A stretch of DNA of 61,565 bases, counting the filler, from Chthonomonadaceae bacterium (GTDB lineage: Bacteria; Armatimonadota; Chthonomonadetes; Chthonomonadales; Chthonomonadaceae): assembly GCA_035650735.1 (NCBI GenBank). It is 3 parts of 3 records of this genome, joined end to end, with 100 filler letters (N's around TTAATTAATTAA, not from the genome) between each part and the next. Parts side by side here need not be neighbours in the genome. Positions count along the whole stretch, not along the records: positions 1 to 22,665 come from DASRGZ010000212.1; 2 more parts are not named here. One strand, written 5' to 3'. Shown piece by piece: positions 1 to 10,007 of the stretch. Position 1 is the stretch's first letter, and each line of letters begins with the position of its first letter. The notes under the pieces were generated by a model that was given only the letters and a program-made list of their open reading frames with translations, made no database searches and had not been told where the DNA came from. A program made the translations under genes and the position numbers.

Positions 1-12
1 ATACGATAAGTA

Positions 13-115
13 ACCCAAGTTGCTACCTAGGAACACGTTTGAGAGAGAATCGCTCTGGAAACCGGCTTTTGCATCACCGTTTGCCTTCTCGAAGAGGCAA
101 GGTAGCAACTTGAGT
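13..115. mobile_element. MITE-like element with 16-bp terminal inverted repeats
   Basis: ACCCAAGTTGCTACCT (13-28) and AGGTAGCAACTTGAGT (100-115) are inverted with 1 mismatch; flanked by direct repeat TAAGTA (7-12, 116-121); no ORF inside. Confidence 0.65.
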
Positions 116-258
116 TAAGTATTCCATCGGACTTGATATAATCCATCCCTCTGCCGGGAAAATCGAGCGCGGGCGAAAGGGCAGGAATGCCGCAGGCCCT
201 CCGCGAATCATGCAGCGGCGATTGGCCGAAGACAGTTCCGCAACGGGAGCATGAGAGG

Positions 259-395
259 GCCGGGCACGGAAAGTACCCGGCTCTAGGGCGGCTTTGCCGC
301 CAACCGTCCTAGCGGACGGAACACCTGGCTTGGCTTTGCGTCCGCCAGGACGCCTGGCCGCAGGCCCTTGAGACGGGGGGGTTTCAACCCCCGGC
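259..395. repeat. REP-like palindromic element, family B
   Basis: GCCGGGCACGGAAAGTACCCG...GGCGGCTTTGCCGCCAA...GCGTCCGCCAGGACGCCTGGCCG...AGACGGGG...CCCCCGGC; homologous to 42820-43083 and 60488-60665. Confidence 0.85.
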
Positions 396-450
396 GCAAA
401 ACTCATGTTCTGCGTCTGATTGTGTGACTCTCGCAAAGGGGGTTGGAGCC

Positions 451-1194
451 ATGGATTCCACAGTTGCAGCGCAATTGGAACACTTAGAGGAGAAGGGATA
501 TGTCCTGATTCCCGGCGCGCTCTCGCCCGCCGAGGTCGAACGCTGCCGCACGGCGATCAACCAGGCCCGCGCCAACGGTTGGGAAGAGGGATTAAACCAC
601 GTCGGCAATATGTGGTTTGACACGCTGCTCGACCGGATGCCGGAGGTCTTCGGGCCGCTGGTCGCCCATCCGAGCGTCCGCCCGCACCTGGAGGCGCTGC
701 TGGGGCCGCAATGCCAGCTTCGCTCCCTGCGCGCCCACCTCAACCCCGGCCCCTATGAGCAGGAGTGGCACATGGACTTCTACGGGTACTGGCAGCAGGC
801 CGACGGCGCGCGCTACGCCAGCAAGGGGACGGGCATCAACACCACTTTCTACTTCCAGGACAACGGCCCGGGTATCGCCCGCCTTACCTACGTCAAGAAC
901 GGCCACCGCATCCAGCCGCCCGCCGAAATCGTGCATCGGGGCGGTTGGTCCCGCTCGGAGGCGCTCTTTAACGCCTGGTGCAACTCCCTGGAGCAGGAGA
1001 CCATCTACCCGAAGGCTGGAGACTGCGTGCTCTTCTTCTCGCATATTCCGCACCAGGGAGCCAAAGAGGATCCAACCGTCGAGCGCTCTAATGTCGTCTG
1101 CCACTATCAGAACAACCCGTTCTATGAGGGCATTCCCCATGTGAGCGCCGTGCGTCCCTTCCACGGCTCGTTCCCATTGGCGGGCGGCAAGTGA
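451..1194 (+). CDS. Phytanoyl-CoA dioxygenase (PhyH) family Fe(II)/2-oxoglutarate dioxygenase
   Basis: EEKGYVLIPGALS start, WHMD and distal HQG facial-triad motifs; ATG at 451 after GGAG. Confidence 0.85.
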   Translation: MDSTVAAQLEHLEEKGYVLIPGALSPAEVERCRTAINQARANGWEEGLNHVGNMWFDTLLDRMPEVFGPLVAHPSVRPHLEALLGPQCQLRSLRAHLNPGPYEQEWHMDFYGYWQQADGARYASKGTGINTTFYFQDNGPGIARLTYVKNGHRIQPPAEIVHRGGWSRSEALFNAWCNSLEQETIYPKAGDCVLFFSHIPHQGAKEDPTVERSNVVCHYQNNPFYEGIPHVSAVRPFHGSFPLAGGK

Positions 1195-1267
1195 TCAGGA
1201 GCCGAGAAAATTAGGAAGCCGAAGCGGACGGACGCGAGAAAATCTTGTAATCAGGAAAAAGAGAAGC

Positions 1268-2164
1268 ATGAAGCTGAAGATGGCGCATCAAGAGTTAGAG
1301 TTGGGCGGCAAGTACCTGGGAACGCTGCGGGAGGCTAACGATCTCCTGGACGATCCCGCCGCTTTACAGGCCCGCATGGCGGAGGATGGCTACCTGCTGC
1401 TGCGCGGCCTGCACAACAAAGAGAAGGTGCTGGCAGCACGCCGGCTGATCCTGGAGAACCTGGACGCCAACGGCCAGATAGACCGCAGCTATCCGCTGAT
1501 GGAAGGCGTGGTCAAGGAAGGCGCGCGCGGCGCATTTCTCGGCGGCAGCAAGCCGCTGACCCGCAACCAGACGTTTCTGGACCTGGTCGAGTCGCCGGAG
1601 GTCATGGGCTTCTTTGCTCACTTCCTGCAAGGGGACGTGCTGACTTACGATTACAAGTGGCTGCGCGTGGTCGGGCCGGGCGACTTTACCGGCGCTCACT
1701 ACGATATCGTCTATATGGGACGCGGCACGCACAACGTCTATACCACCTGGACTCCCCTCGGCGATGTGCCTTACGAGATGGGGCCGCTGGCGCTGCTGGT
1801 CGGCTCGCATCGCGGCCCCGGCTTTGAGCGTGTCCGCGAGACCTACGGCAAGATGGACGTGGATCGGGACAAGGTGCAGGGCTGGTTCTCCAACGACCCG
1901 CTAGAGATGGTGGATAAGTTTGGCGGGCAGTGGCAGACGACCGAGTTCCAGGCCGGAGATGCCCTTATCTTCGGGATGTTTACCATGCACGGCTCGCTCA
2001 CTAACGTCAGCAACCGCTACCGCATCACCACCGACACCCGTTACCAGCGTGCCGACGAGCCCGTAGATGAGCGCTGGATCGGCGAGAACCCCATCGCCCA
2101 CTATGCCTGGCAGAAAGGCCAGACGGTGACGATGGAGGAAGCGCGCAAGAGGTGGAACGTCTAG
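1268..2164 (+). CDS. PhyH family dioxygenase
   Basis: EDGYLLLRGL, AHYD, TWTPLGD, TMHGS, DTRY motifs. Confidence 0.88.
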   Translation: MKLKMAHQELELGGKYLGTLREANDLLDDPAALQARMAEDGYLLLRGLHNKEKVLAARRLILENLDANGQIDRSYPLMEGVVKEGARGAFLGGSKPLTRNQTFLDLVESPEVMGFFAHFLQGDVLTYDYKWLRVVGPGDFTGAHYDIVYMGRGTHNVYTTWTPLGDVPYEMGPLALLVGSHRGPGFERVRETYGKMDVDRDKVQGWFSNDPLEMVDKFGGQWQTTEFQAGDALIFGMFTMHGSLTNVSNRYRITTDTRYQRADEPVDERWIGENPIAHYAWQKGQTVTMEEARKRWNV

Positions 2165-2178
2165 CAGCGCCATTGCGA

Positions 2179-3702
2179 TCAGGGCTGAGGCGCGCCCTCC
2201 CAGGCCAGGCGTGCGCCTTTGCGAATGGCCGCCACCACGCCGGATACGTTCTTATTGCCTGTCAGCGCCTGCGCATCGCCCGCCAATCCTGCGGCTACGG
2301 ATCGCACGCCCACCCACGTCGTCGCCAGGTAGCCCAGCATCCGGTCGCTTGTATTCTTGAGCGCACAGCCGGCCAGCCGCTGCGCGTTCTCCTCCGAGTT
2401 CCAGCCGGAGGGCCAGACGGCAAAGCCCTGCTCCTGAAAATACTTCACGGAGGGAAAGTCGGCCAGCGGCTCGTAGTGCCAATCACAGATTACGATGTCT
2501 TTGGGAATGAGATGGAGGGCCGGGGCCGTGTCGTTTCGGCTCGATTCCCATTCGCCATAGTGCATCTGCGCGTCGTCCAGCAGGCGGTCGCCCCACATGA
2601 GCATCTGCACCTTGCGCTTGCCGGCCAGATGGCTGTGGTAGTCATTGACAGCCCTGGCGAAAAGTTCTGCGTTCGCCTTGCCCTTGCAGCGCGGACACTG
2701 GCCGAGAATGAAGACCTCATCCATGCCGACATGAAACGCATCGGCGTCGAAAGCGTCGATCAGCTCATCGAAAAGGTCAAAGACGACTTTGTTGACATCT
2801 GGGTGCGAGGGACACCAGCTGCGGCAGTAGATGCCGGGATTGTTGGCGGGCAGGTCGGGCGTCTCGTCGAATTCGGGATGAGCTCTCAGGAACGCCCCGG
2901 TGGTCTCCGCCCAGGACTGGTGCCCCAGGCAGTTGAGCATGGGTATCAGATGGACGTTGTTCTGTTTTGCCAGGGCGCTTAACCTACGGCAATCCTCGAC
3001 GGTCAGGGCGTTGGGGCCGCTGCTAATCTCAGGGTGAGAACGGAACTGGAAGTTATAGTTGATCTCCAGAATAAGCCGGTTCAGGCGATACTGCGGCAAG
3101 AACCGGGTAAGAAGCTGCTCGACGGCAGGCAGATCGTCCCGCGAATTGACGAGAACATGCATCCCGCGCCAGCGCATCGTCGGCCAGTCGGCGATTCGGA
3201 CGGCGGGGATGTCCCAGGAAGCCGCCGCGTCTCCGGCCCTCTCCAGCAGCTTCAAGACGCCGTAATAGGCTCCTGCCGGCTTCTCGGCGGCAATTAAAAT
3301 CCGCTCCGGGGCCACCTCCAGCAGATAGCCCTCCTGGCCCAGCCCGTCTTTAGGCAGCCGGGACTTTAGATCTGCCTCCAACTGCTTCAGGGCCGGGTGA
3401 TCCTTGACCAATCCGACCAGCACAAACGGCCCCTCCGGCAGCCGCGTTTCCGGCGCGGCGGGCTGCATCGCCTCGCTATGAAACTGCTTCCGGCATTGCT
3501 CCAGGAGCGGCTGCGCCGCCTCGCTCCCCGACGCCCGCAGCAAATCGCCCACCAGAATCTGCGGCGCCGAGGTGCAGCGAAAGACGCCCGCCCTCTCCTC
3601 TCTGATTTTTGCTTCCATTCTTATTCCTTCTTCCGCCCTCGCCTGCGCAGACCATAGTCCTATTATCCATGCGGCCATCCCTATTGCCATTTGCCATCTC
3701 AT
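2179..3702 (-). CDS. Secreted glycoside hydrolase family 20 (hexosaminidase-like)
   Basis: Signal peptide from MRWQMAIG; GH20b-like domain (EGYLLEV...IADWP..WRG); LGHQSW and FHVGMDEV catalytic Asp-Glu; start set at 3702 rather than ORF-track 3960. Confidence 0.82.
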   Translation of the reverse strand: MRWQMAIGMAAWIIGLWSAQARAEEGIRMEAKIREERAGVFRCTSAPQILVGDLLRASGSEAAQPLLEQCRKQFHSEAMQPAAPETRLPEGPFVLVGLVKDHPALKQLEADLKSRLPKDGLGQEGYLLEVAPERILIAAEKPAGAYYGVLKLLERAGDAAASWDIPAVRIADWPTMRWRGMHVLVNSRDDLPAVEQLLTRFLPQYRLNRLILEINYNFQFRSHPEISSGPNALTVEDCRRLSALAKQNNVHLIPMLNCLGHQSWAETTGAFLRAHPEFDETPDLPANNPGIYCRSWCPSHPDVNKVVFDLFDELIDAFDADAFHVGMDEVFILGQCPRCKGKANAELFARAVNDYHSHLAGKRKVQMLMWGDRLLDDAQMHYGEWESSRNDTAPALHLIPKDIVICDWHYEPLADFPSVKYFQEQGFAVWPSGWNSEENAQRLAGCALKNTSDRMLGYLATTWVGVRSVAAGLAGDAQALTGNKNVSGVVAAIRKGARLAWEGAPQP

Positions 3703-3707
3703 CGGGC

Positions 3708-3802
3708 CTCTATATCCTTCCCAGTTGCTTACGGCTGCCGTTACGATGCCAAAGCCGTTCCCGACCGTTCCGTCTCTATATCCTTCCCAGTTGCTTACGG
3801 CT
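3708..3802. repeat. Exact 29-bp direct repeat pair separated by 37 bp
   Basis: CTCTATATCCTTCCCAGTTGCTTACGGCT at 3708-3736 and 3774-3802. Confidence 0.9.
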
Positions 3803-3925
3803 CGATTCGGAGAACAGGGCCGGTGTTCCTCCCTGCACAAGGAAAATAGCAGGGGGCTTGGAGAATAATCTTCTTGAATGGCGCTCTTCCCAGCGCTCTC
3901 TTCCCGGCGGTAAAGGAAACTGTAT

Positions 3926-4303
3926 ATGATGAGGCTTTGGATTCTCTTAGGCGGCATCAATGCCTTTCTTGCGGTCGCGCTCGGCGCGTTCGGCGCGCAC
4001 TCGCTGAAGGCACGATTGGTCCAGACGGGCCAGACGGAGGTCTATCAGACGGGCGCGCACTACCACCTGATCCACGCGCTGGCCCTGCTGTTGATCGCGA
4101 TCCTGGCGGAGCGATGGAGAAGCCCCCTCGTGGAGTGGTCCGGCTGGCTGCTGTTCGCCGGGATCGTCCTCTTCTCCGGGAGTCTGTACGCGCTGGCGAT
4201 CAGCGGAGTGAGGCCGCTTGGCGCGATCACGCCGCTGGGCGGCCTCTGCTTTCTGGCCGGCTGGGCGCTGCTGGTGGTAGCGGCGCTTAAAGAGCCGCAT
4301 TGA
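3926..4303 (+). CDS. DUF423 (YgdD/TMEM256) small membrane protein
   Basis: ALGAFGAHSL, YHLIHALALL, LFSGSLY, GAITPLGG motifs. Confidence 0.92.
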   Translation: MMRLWILLGGINAFLAVALGAFGAHSLKARLVQTGQTEVYQTGAHYHLIHALALLLIAILAERWRSPLVEWSGWLLFAGIVLFSGSLYALAISGVRPLGAITPLGGLCFLAGWALLVVAALKEPH

Positions 4304-4316
4304 TGGGGAGGGTGGG

Positions 4317-5285
4317 ATGGATAGCGAACGGCGCATCAGCCGGCGTGCGTTTCTGCTTCAGGCGGCGGTCGGCGGGTGGAGCGCTCTGGCGGGAAAGCCG
4401 CCTCTCCGGCGGAAACCAGAATGGAAAGGACGCAAGGGCATGGTTCCCATCATAGACACGCATCAGCATCTCTGGGATTTGAGCAAGTTCCGGCTGCCCT
4501 GGCTGGAGGGCGGCGGGCCGCTCGCCAAAGACCATCTCATGCGGGACTACCTACAGGCGGCGCAGGGACTCAACGTGGTCAGAACGGTCTACATGGAGGT
4601 AGACGTAGATCCGGCCCAGCATGTCGCCGAGGCCGAGTATGTGATCGATCTCTGCCAGCGCGACGATAACCCAATGGTAGCGGCGGTCATCGGCGGGCGT
4701 CCGGCCTCCGAGGGCTTCCAAGCCTACGTAGACCGCTTCAAGGGCAGCCCCTATATCAAGGGCGTGCGGCAAGTCCTTCACGGCGGGACGCCGCGCGGCT
4801 ATTGCCTGGACGAGAAGTTTGTTCGAGGCATCCGCCTGTTGGGTGAGGCCGGGCTGCGCTTCGACCTTTGCCTGCGCTCGGAGGAGCTGCTGGACGGCGC
4901 GAAGCTAGCCGATCTGTGCCCGGAGACGCGCTTCGTGCTTGACCATTGCGGCAACGCTAACGTTCAGGCCAAAGACCGCTCCCAATGGCAGCGCGACATT
5001 GCCGAGGTCGCCAAACGCCCCAACGTCATTTGTAAGATCAGCGGAATCGTGGCCTCAGCCAAGCCGGGCGCGTGGACGGCGGACGACCTGGCGCCCATCG
5101 TCACGCACTGCGCCGAGGTCTTCGGCAGGGATCGCGTGATGTTTGCCAGTGATTGGCCTGTCTGCACGCTGGCGGCGACGTATCGGCAGTGGGTCGAAGC
5201 CCTGAAGTCTATCGTACACGCCTGGAGTGAGGCCGACCAGCGCAAGCTGTTCCATGACAACGCCCAGCGCTTCTACGGTTTATAG
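4317..5285 (+). CDS. Amidohydrolase_2 family protein (sugar lactonase-like), possible Tat signal
   Basis: SRRAFL twin-arginine motif; IIDTHQHLWD, VLDHCG, CKISG, MFASDWPV. Confidence 0.85.
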   Translation: MDSERRISRRAFLLQAAVGGWSALAGKPPLRRKPEWKGRKGMVPIIDTHQHLWDLSKFRLPWLEGGGPLAKDHLMRDYLQAAQGLNVVRTVYMEVDVDPAQHVAEAEYVIDLCQRDDNPMVAAVIGGRPASEGFQAYVDRFKGSPYIKGVRQVLHGGTPRGYCLDEKFVRGIRLLGEAGLRFDLCLRSEELLDGAKLADLCPETRFVLDHCGNANVQAKDRSQWQRDIAEVAKRPNVICKISGIVASAKPGAWTADDLAPIVTHCAEVFGRDRVMFASDWPVCTLAATYRQWVEALKSIVHAWSEADQRKLFHDNAQRFYGL

Positions 5286-5372
5286 AATCTACCATTGGCA
5301 CAGCCATCGCAACCCCGGAATTCGCCGCTTCTAGAGCAGGCTCTATCGCTACGGCCCTCCCCAATAGCCCGT

Positions 5373-6245
5373 CTATTGGCCCCTAAAGAGACGCTTAAGG
5401 AGCGGCGGCTTCCTCGGTTCTTGCTCTGCGGGAGCTTCTGAGGCTTGCAGAAGCTCCTCAGGAGCGGTACTGGAAACTATATTGGCCCGGATATGGTCCA
5501 TGTAACGGGCAAAGTCTTCGTCATATTCATCATGAATCTCTGACCAAACCTTTTGGTAAGCAGGGCGAACAAGAAATTTTTTAATATAGGCATCCCAGCC
5601 CGGCCATTGCTGCTTAAAGAAGTTCTCCCTGACCTCGTCAGGTATTGCCCTCGTTTTATGATACTGCACGTAAGCAACCTCAAACACATCCGTAAGGTTT
5701 GAGTAAAGCATGCGTTGTTGCATTTTCTCGTCTTCTGTTAGAGGAGGCTTTAGTGGACTGGATCTAGGTATGCTGTAGACATCTAGTCGAGGATAGGGGA
5801 TAGCCGTCTGAATATATTCTATAAAGCGATCATCTACGTCCCTATAGATTTCCTCGGCGACAGCATTTTGCTGTTTCTGTACATGGTTGCGGAACTCTAA
5901 ATAAGCAAGCAGACCAGTAATAATTATAGCAGCAAAGGAAAATAGCTCTACATACCGGCATATCCGTTCAAAGGAAAGCCACTGAAGCGACTGATTGTTT
6001 GCTTGTGGTTTATCCTCGGACTTTCTTTCCAAGAGTGCTAATATGGTTTCCCTTGCGCGCAGATCAAGAGTCAAGCTCTCTACTTCTTTCGATTTAGCGG
6101 CAAGCTCTTGCTCCTTAAGGGCTAATGCCTCCTCTTTTGCCCGAATGTCGGCAGCAAGGCGCTCTACTTCTGCTGACAGCTTTGGAAGTATATCGCCCTG
6201 CGTTGAGTTCCATATTGTTTGTTCGGGAACGTGTGAATCTGACAT
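5373..6245 (-). CDS. Hypothetical protein: coiled coil, one TM helix, soluble C-terminal domain; low GC
   Basis: 290-aa ORF with E/K/L-rich heptads and hydrophobic segment FSFAAIIITGLLAY; visibly AT-richer than flanks. Confidence 0.7.
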   Translation of the reverse strand: MSDSHVPEQTIWNSTQGDILPKLSAEVERLAADIRAKEEALALKEQELAAKSKEVESLTLDLRARETILALLERKSEDKPQANNQSLQWLSFERICRYVELFSFAAIIITGLLAYLEFRNHVQKQQNAVAEEIYRDVDDRFIEYIQTAIPYPRLDVYSIPRSSPLKPPLTEDEKMQQRMLYSNLTDVFEVAYVQYHKTRAIPDEVRENFFKQQWPGWDAYIKKFLVRPAYQKVWSEIHDEYDEDFARYMDHIRANIVSSTAPEELLQASEAPAEQEPRKPPLLKRLFRGQ

Positions 6246-6457
6246 CGGAATACCTCTCCTGAGCCAGGGTAATTAATGCCTGTTGCAGGCAAAAGATTTG
6301 CCACAGTTGGAATCTATTCCTTCTCAGGGACTAACCGTCAAATCGGCTGACTGCAAGCATTTCGATCTCTTCACGCGTTCTATACTTCCACTGTGGGAAG
6401 GAACGAAGACAAAGCAGAATCGGGTATAAAGAATCCTACTAAATCCTGGGAGGGAGC

Positions 6458-9400
6458 ATGAAGGGGTTGCGAGCGTCGGTCGGAAGTCGGGCCGTCGCGT
6501 TACTATGTATCATTCTCTGCCTGGGCGCCTGGACGGGCACGGGCATTGGCGTAAGAGCTCAAAGCGCTCCATCGTCGCAGAGCACCAGCACCGATCTGCT
6601 GGCTCTGCCGGAAGAGAAGCCCATTCGCGGCATGAGCTATCCGGCCCTCTCGCCGGACGGCAAGCGGATCTGCTTTACCTACCTGGGCGATCTCTGGATA
6701 GTTCCCGCTGCCGGGGGCGTCGCCACCCGGCTGACGGTGCATGAGGCGCTGGACGCCTCTCCGCGCTGGTCGCCCGATGGCAAATGGATCGCCTTCACCA
6801 GCCTGCGCACCGGCAACTACGATATCTTTCTCGTGCCCTCGGAGGGAGGCGAGGCCCGTCAGGTCACTTTCCACAGCGCCAGCGATTGGGTCAACGATTG
6901 GTCGCCGGACGGCACGAAGCTGCTCTTCTACTCCATGCGAGATACGCGCGCGTTTGCCCTCTACTCCATGGACCTGCGCACGCATGCCGTCAAGCGCCTG
7001 ACCGACGACGAGGAGCCGCTGCGCTTTGGCGCCTGGTCGCCCGACGGCAAGACCCTGGCCTACACGCGCGGCGGGGAACCCTGGTGGCGGCCCTGGTATC
7101 GTGGGAGCGTCGCTGCCAGCGTCCTCACCAAAGACCTGGCGACCGGCAAAGTGAGAACGCTGCTCAAGACCAACACGCAGCAGTTCTGGCCGCTCTGGTC
7201 GCCGGACGGCAGGGCGCTCTACGTGACGATGGTCTATAGCGGCAGCAACACGCCCAACCTGTGGCGCGTCCCCCTCGGAGGCGGCACGCCGCGCCCGATC
7301 ACCCGCTACACGACCGACGCCGTGCGCTTCCCCAGCATGGCCCGCGACGGCTCCCTGCTCACCTACGTCTATGACGGCTGCCTCTATACCATCCACCCGG
7401 ACGGCACCCATCTGACCCGGCTTGACATCATCGCCCGCTCGGATGATAAGGTGAACAACCAGGAGCGGCTGACGCTCACCCAGGAGGCCGACGAGTCCGA
7501 GCTATCGCCCGATGGGAAGCAGTTGGCTCTGGTCGTGCGCGGCGACATCTGGCTGGTGCCCGTCTCCGGCGGGGACGCCAAGCGCCTGACCGATGACCCC
7601 GCTGCCGATAACGATATCAACTGGTCTCCGGACGGCACGAAGCTGGTCTTCGTCTCTGACCGGCACAACCAGCCCGACGTCTACACGCTGGATGTCAAGA
7701 CCAAAGCGGTGACCCGGCTGACCAACGACCCCGACGCCAAGAGCAATCCCACCTGGTCGCCGGATGGCCGGTGGATCTCTTTTGCCAGAGCGGGCGCCCA
7801 ACCCGGCCTCTACCTGGTTCCCAGCGCAGGCGGCGAGCCGCGCCGCCTCGCGGAAGGCAACGGCAACAACAACATCGGCACGGGCATCACCTCGCATGCC
7901 TGGTCGTCCGACAGCAAGTGGGTGGCCTTCTCGCGCATGGATCGTTACAAGACCCGCGACATCTTTCTCGTGCCGGCCATTGGCGGCGAAGCGGTCAACA
8001 TCACGCGCTATCCTGGAAGCAATGTCGCTCCCCAGTTTACGAAGGATGGCCGGCGGCTGCTTTTCCTCTCCAATCGCGACGGCGCCGGGCGGCTCTACCA
8101 GGTGCCGCTGGAGGCCCAAGAAGATACGCCAGGGGACGATGAGCAGAAGCAAAAGGCCCGGCCCGACCGCAGCCACGATGTCAAGGTAGATTTCGAGGAC
8201 ATCCATCTGCGCGCCAAGCCCGTCACGCAGCCCAACGCCGACGTGGAGGACTACGCAATTACGCCGGACAGCAAGAAGGTGATCCTGCAGATGGCGGGGC
8301 GCTTCTGGTCCGTGCCGGTGACAGGCGGACCCATGCAGCCCCTCACGCCCAACCCCGAGCCGGGCGGCGCGCTCCGCATGGCGCCGGACGGCTCCCGCTG
8401 CTACTATATCGGCCCCAATGGCACGCCGCGCTTCCTGTCCGCCAACGGTGGACCGGTGACGGTAGTGGCGTTCAAGGTGGAGCTGCTTTTCGACCGTCGG
8501 GTGCAGTATCGGCAGGCGTTCAACGAGTTCTACCGCCGCTACGGCGCCGGCTTCTACGACGCGACGATGCACGGCATCAACTGGAAGGCGCTGCACGACA
8601 AGTACGCGCCGCTGCTGCAGGGCGTGGGCACGCCGGAGGAGTTCGCTAACCTGCTCTCCGAGATGGTCGGCGAGGTCAATTCGTCGCATTCCGAGATCGC
8701 GGCCCCGAGCAAGGGCGGCGGCCCGCAGACGGCCACGCTCGGCCTGTTCTACGATCAGGACTATGCCGGGCCGGGTCTGAAAGTGAGCGGCGTCCTGCCC
8801 AAAGGCCCGGCGGACAAGCCCGCCTCTCGCATCCAGCCCGGCGAGTACGTTCTGAGCATAGACGGAACCGACGTGAAGCCGACCGAGGACTACTACCAGG
8901 GGCTTCAGGACAAGGCCGACAAGACCGTCGAATTGCTGGTCAACGGCAAGCCGACCAAAGACGGGGCGCGCACCGTCAAGATCAAGCCCATTGCGATGTC
9001 CCGGTGGTTCGAGCTGGAGTATGAGGCGCGCGTGCGGCACAACCGAGAGCTGGTAGATAAGCTCTCCGGCAATCGTCTGGCCTATATCCATCTCAAAGCG
9101 ATGGATTCGGACTCGACCCGGCGGTTCGAGCGGGAGCTTTACAGCGAGGCGATAGACAAGGACGGCCTCCTCCTCGACATTCGCGGCAATCCCGGCGGCA
9201 ACACGCACGATACTGTGCTCGAAGCGCTCTCGCGGCGCATCTACGCCTACGTCCAGCCGCGCGACGGCCAGCGCCAGAGCCAGCCGGAACGCGCCTTCAC
9301 CAAGCCGATTGTGCTGCTGATCGATCAGCATTCCGACAGCGACGCCGAGATCTTCCCCGCCGGGTTCCGCGCCCTGCACCTGGGCAAGATCATAGGCATG

Positions 9401-9733
9401 CCGACGCCGGGCTACGTCATCGGCACGTATGAGGCCCGCCTGGTAGACGGCACGCGCTTCCGCCTGCCCTCCTGGGGCTACTACACCGCCGACGGCAAGA
9501 ATATGGAGAACCTGGGCATTCCGCCGGATATTCAGGTAGAGAACACGCCCGAAGACATCGCCGCCCATCGGGACCGCCAGTTGGAGGCCGCCGTCCAGAC
9601 GCTGCTGCGTGCGCTTCCGACGGGTACCGACACAACGGCAAAGGCAGGGAGCGGTGTCGGCGTGCTCTCCAGCGCCAACAGCAACCCCAACGGCGGCTCT
9701 GCCGCCGTCCCGCCGCCCCATCACAGCAACTAA
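6458..9733 (+). CDS. Tricorn-like protease, peptidase S41 family
   Basis: Signal peptide, many PD40/WSPDG propeller repeats, PDZ-like segment, [10 protein letters not shown] and SDSDAE catalytic region, NLGIPPDI. Confidence 0.92.
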   Translation: MKGLRASVGSRAVALLCIILCLGAWTGTGIGVRAQSAPSSQSTSTDLLALPEEKPIRGMSYPALSPDGKRICFTYLGDLWIVPAAGGVATRLTVHEALDASPRWSPDGKWIAFTSLRTGNYDIFLVPSEGGEARQVTFHSASDWVNDWSPDGTKLLFYSMRDTRAFALYSMDLRTHAVKRLTDDEEPLRFGAWSPDGKTLAYTRGGEPWWRPWYRGSVAASVLTKDLATGKVRTLLKTNTQQFWPLWSPDGRALYVTMVYSGSNTPNLWRVPLGGGTPRPITRYTTDAVRFPSMARDGSLLTYVYDGCLYTIHPDGTHLTRLDIIARSDDKVNNQERLTLTQEADESELSPDGKQLALVVRGDIWLVPVSGGDAKRLTDDPAADNDINWSPDGTKLVFVSDRHNQPDVYTLDVKTKAVTRLTNDPDAKSNPTWSPDGRWISFARAGAQPGLYLVPSAGGEPRRLAEGNGNNNIGTGITSHAWSSDSKWVAFSRMDRYKTRDIFLVPAIGGEAVNITRYPGSNVAPQFTKDGRRLLFLSNRDGAGRLYQVPLEAQEDTPGDDEQKQKARPDRSHDVKVDFEDIHLRAKPVTQPNADVEDYAITPDSKKVILQMAGRFWSVPVTGGPMQPLTPNPEPGGALRMAPDGSRCYYIGPNGTPRFLSANGGPVTVVAFKVELLFDRRVQYRQAFNEFYRRYGAGFYDATMHGINWKALHDKYAPLLQGVGTPEEFANLLSEMVGEVNSSHSEIAAPSKGGGPQTATLGLFYDQDYAGPGLKVSGVLPKGPADKPASRIQPGEYVLSIDGTDVKPTEDYYQGLQDKADKTVELLVNGKPTKDGARTVKIKPIAMSRWFELEYEARVRHNRELVDKLSGNRLAYIHLKAMDSDSTRRFERELYSEAIDKDGLLLDIRGNPGGNTHDTVLEALSRRIYAYVQPRDGQRQSQPERAFTKPIVLLIDQHSDSDAEIFPAGFRALHLGKIIGMPTPGYVIGTYEARLVDGTRFRLPSWGYYTADGKNMENLGIPPDIQVENTPEDIAAHRDRQLEAAVQTLLRALPTGTDTTAKAGSGVGVLSSANSNPNGGSAAVPPPHHSN

Positions 9734-9757
9734 AACCGCTCGCTACGCCCCTAAATT

Positions 9758-9950
9758 ACCTAACCCCCCCTCCCCCTTCCCTACTGCGTTCGCTACGCTC
9801 ACAGGGAAGGGGGGCCTCAGCTTCTCTTCCCCTACAGCCCTCACCCCCTGCCCCCTCTCCCGCAGCGTGGGAGAGGGGGCAGGGGGTGAGGGTGTCCCTA
9901 TACCCTACACCCTATCCCCTATACCCTGCACAAGGGGCCGGGGGTGAGGT
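9758..9950. repeat. Composite family A palindrome cluster with heptamer tandem repeat
   Basis: Perfect 24-bp arms CCCTCACCCCCTGCCCCCTCTCCC / complement (9838-9892) inside outer ACCTAACCCC...GGGGTGAGGT; 5 degenerate CCCTATA-type heptamers at 9896-9930; between convergent genes. Confidence 0.85.
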
Positions 9951-10007
9951 CTTTAGTCACCGCAGGCCACACAGCCGGGTACAGAACGTACCCAGCTGAT
10001 TTATCTA

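Noticed and set aside
143..258. Riboswitch in the leader of the first PhyH gene
   Set aside because: GC-rich stems are possible, but I could not match the conserved core of any known riboswitch. An Rfam scan would settle it.
3708..3802. CRISPR array
   Set aside because: Only two repeats, no cas genes, no leader, and the repeat lacks typical ends. Kept only as a direct repeat.
3703..3960. Long N-terminal extensions in the ORF track (GH20, DLH, cydA, MFP, GH127-like, epimerase)
   Set aside because: They run through intergenic DNA or neighbouring genes; downstream starts fit RBS, signal peptide or family start better.
7502..9724. 740-aa antisense ORF and other long shadow ORFs (27780-29072, 31547-32953, 37148-38758, 40440-41957)
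   Set aside because: They lie opposite well-supported genes, have no motifs, and are expected from GC-rich codon bias.
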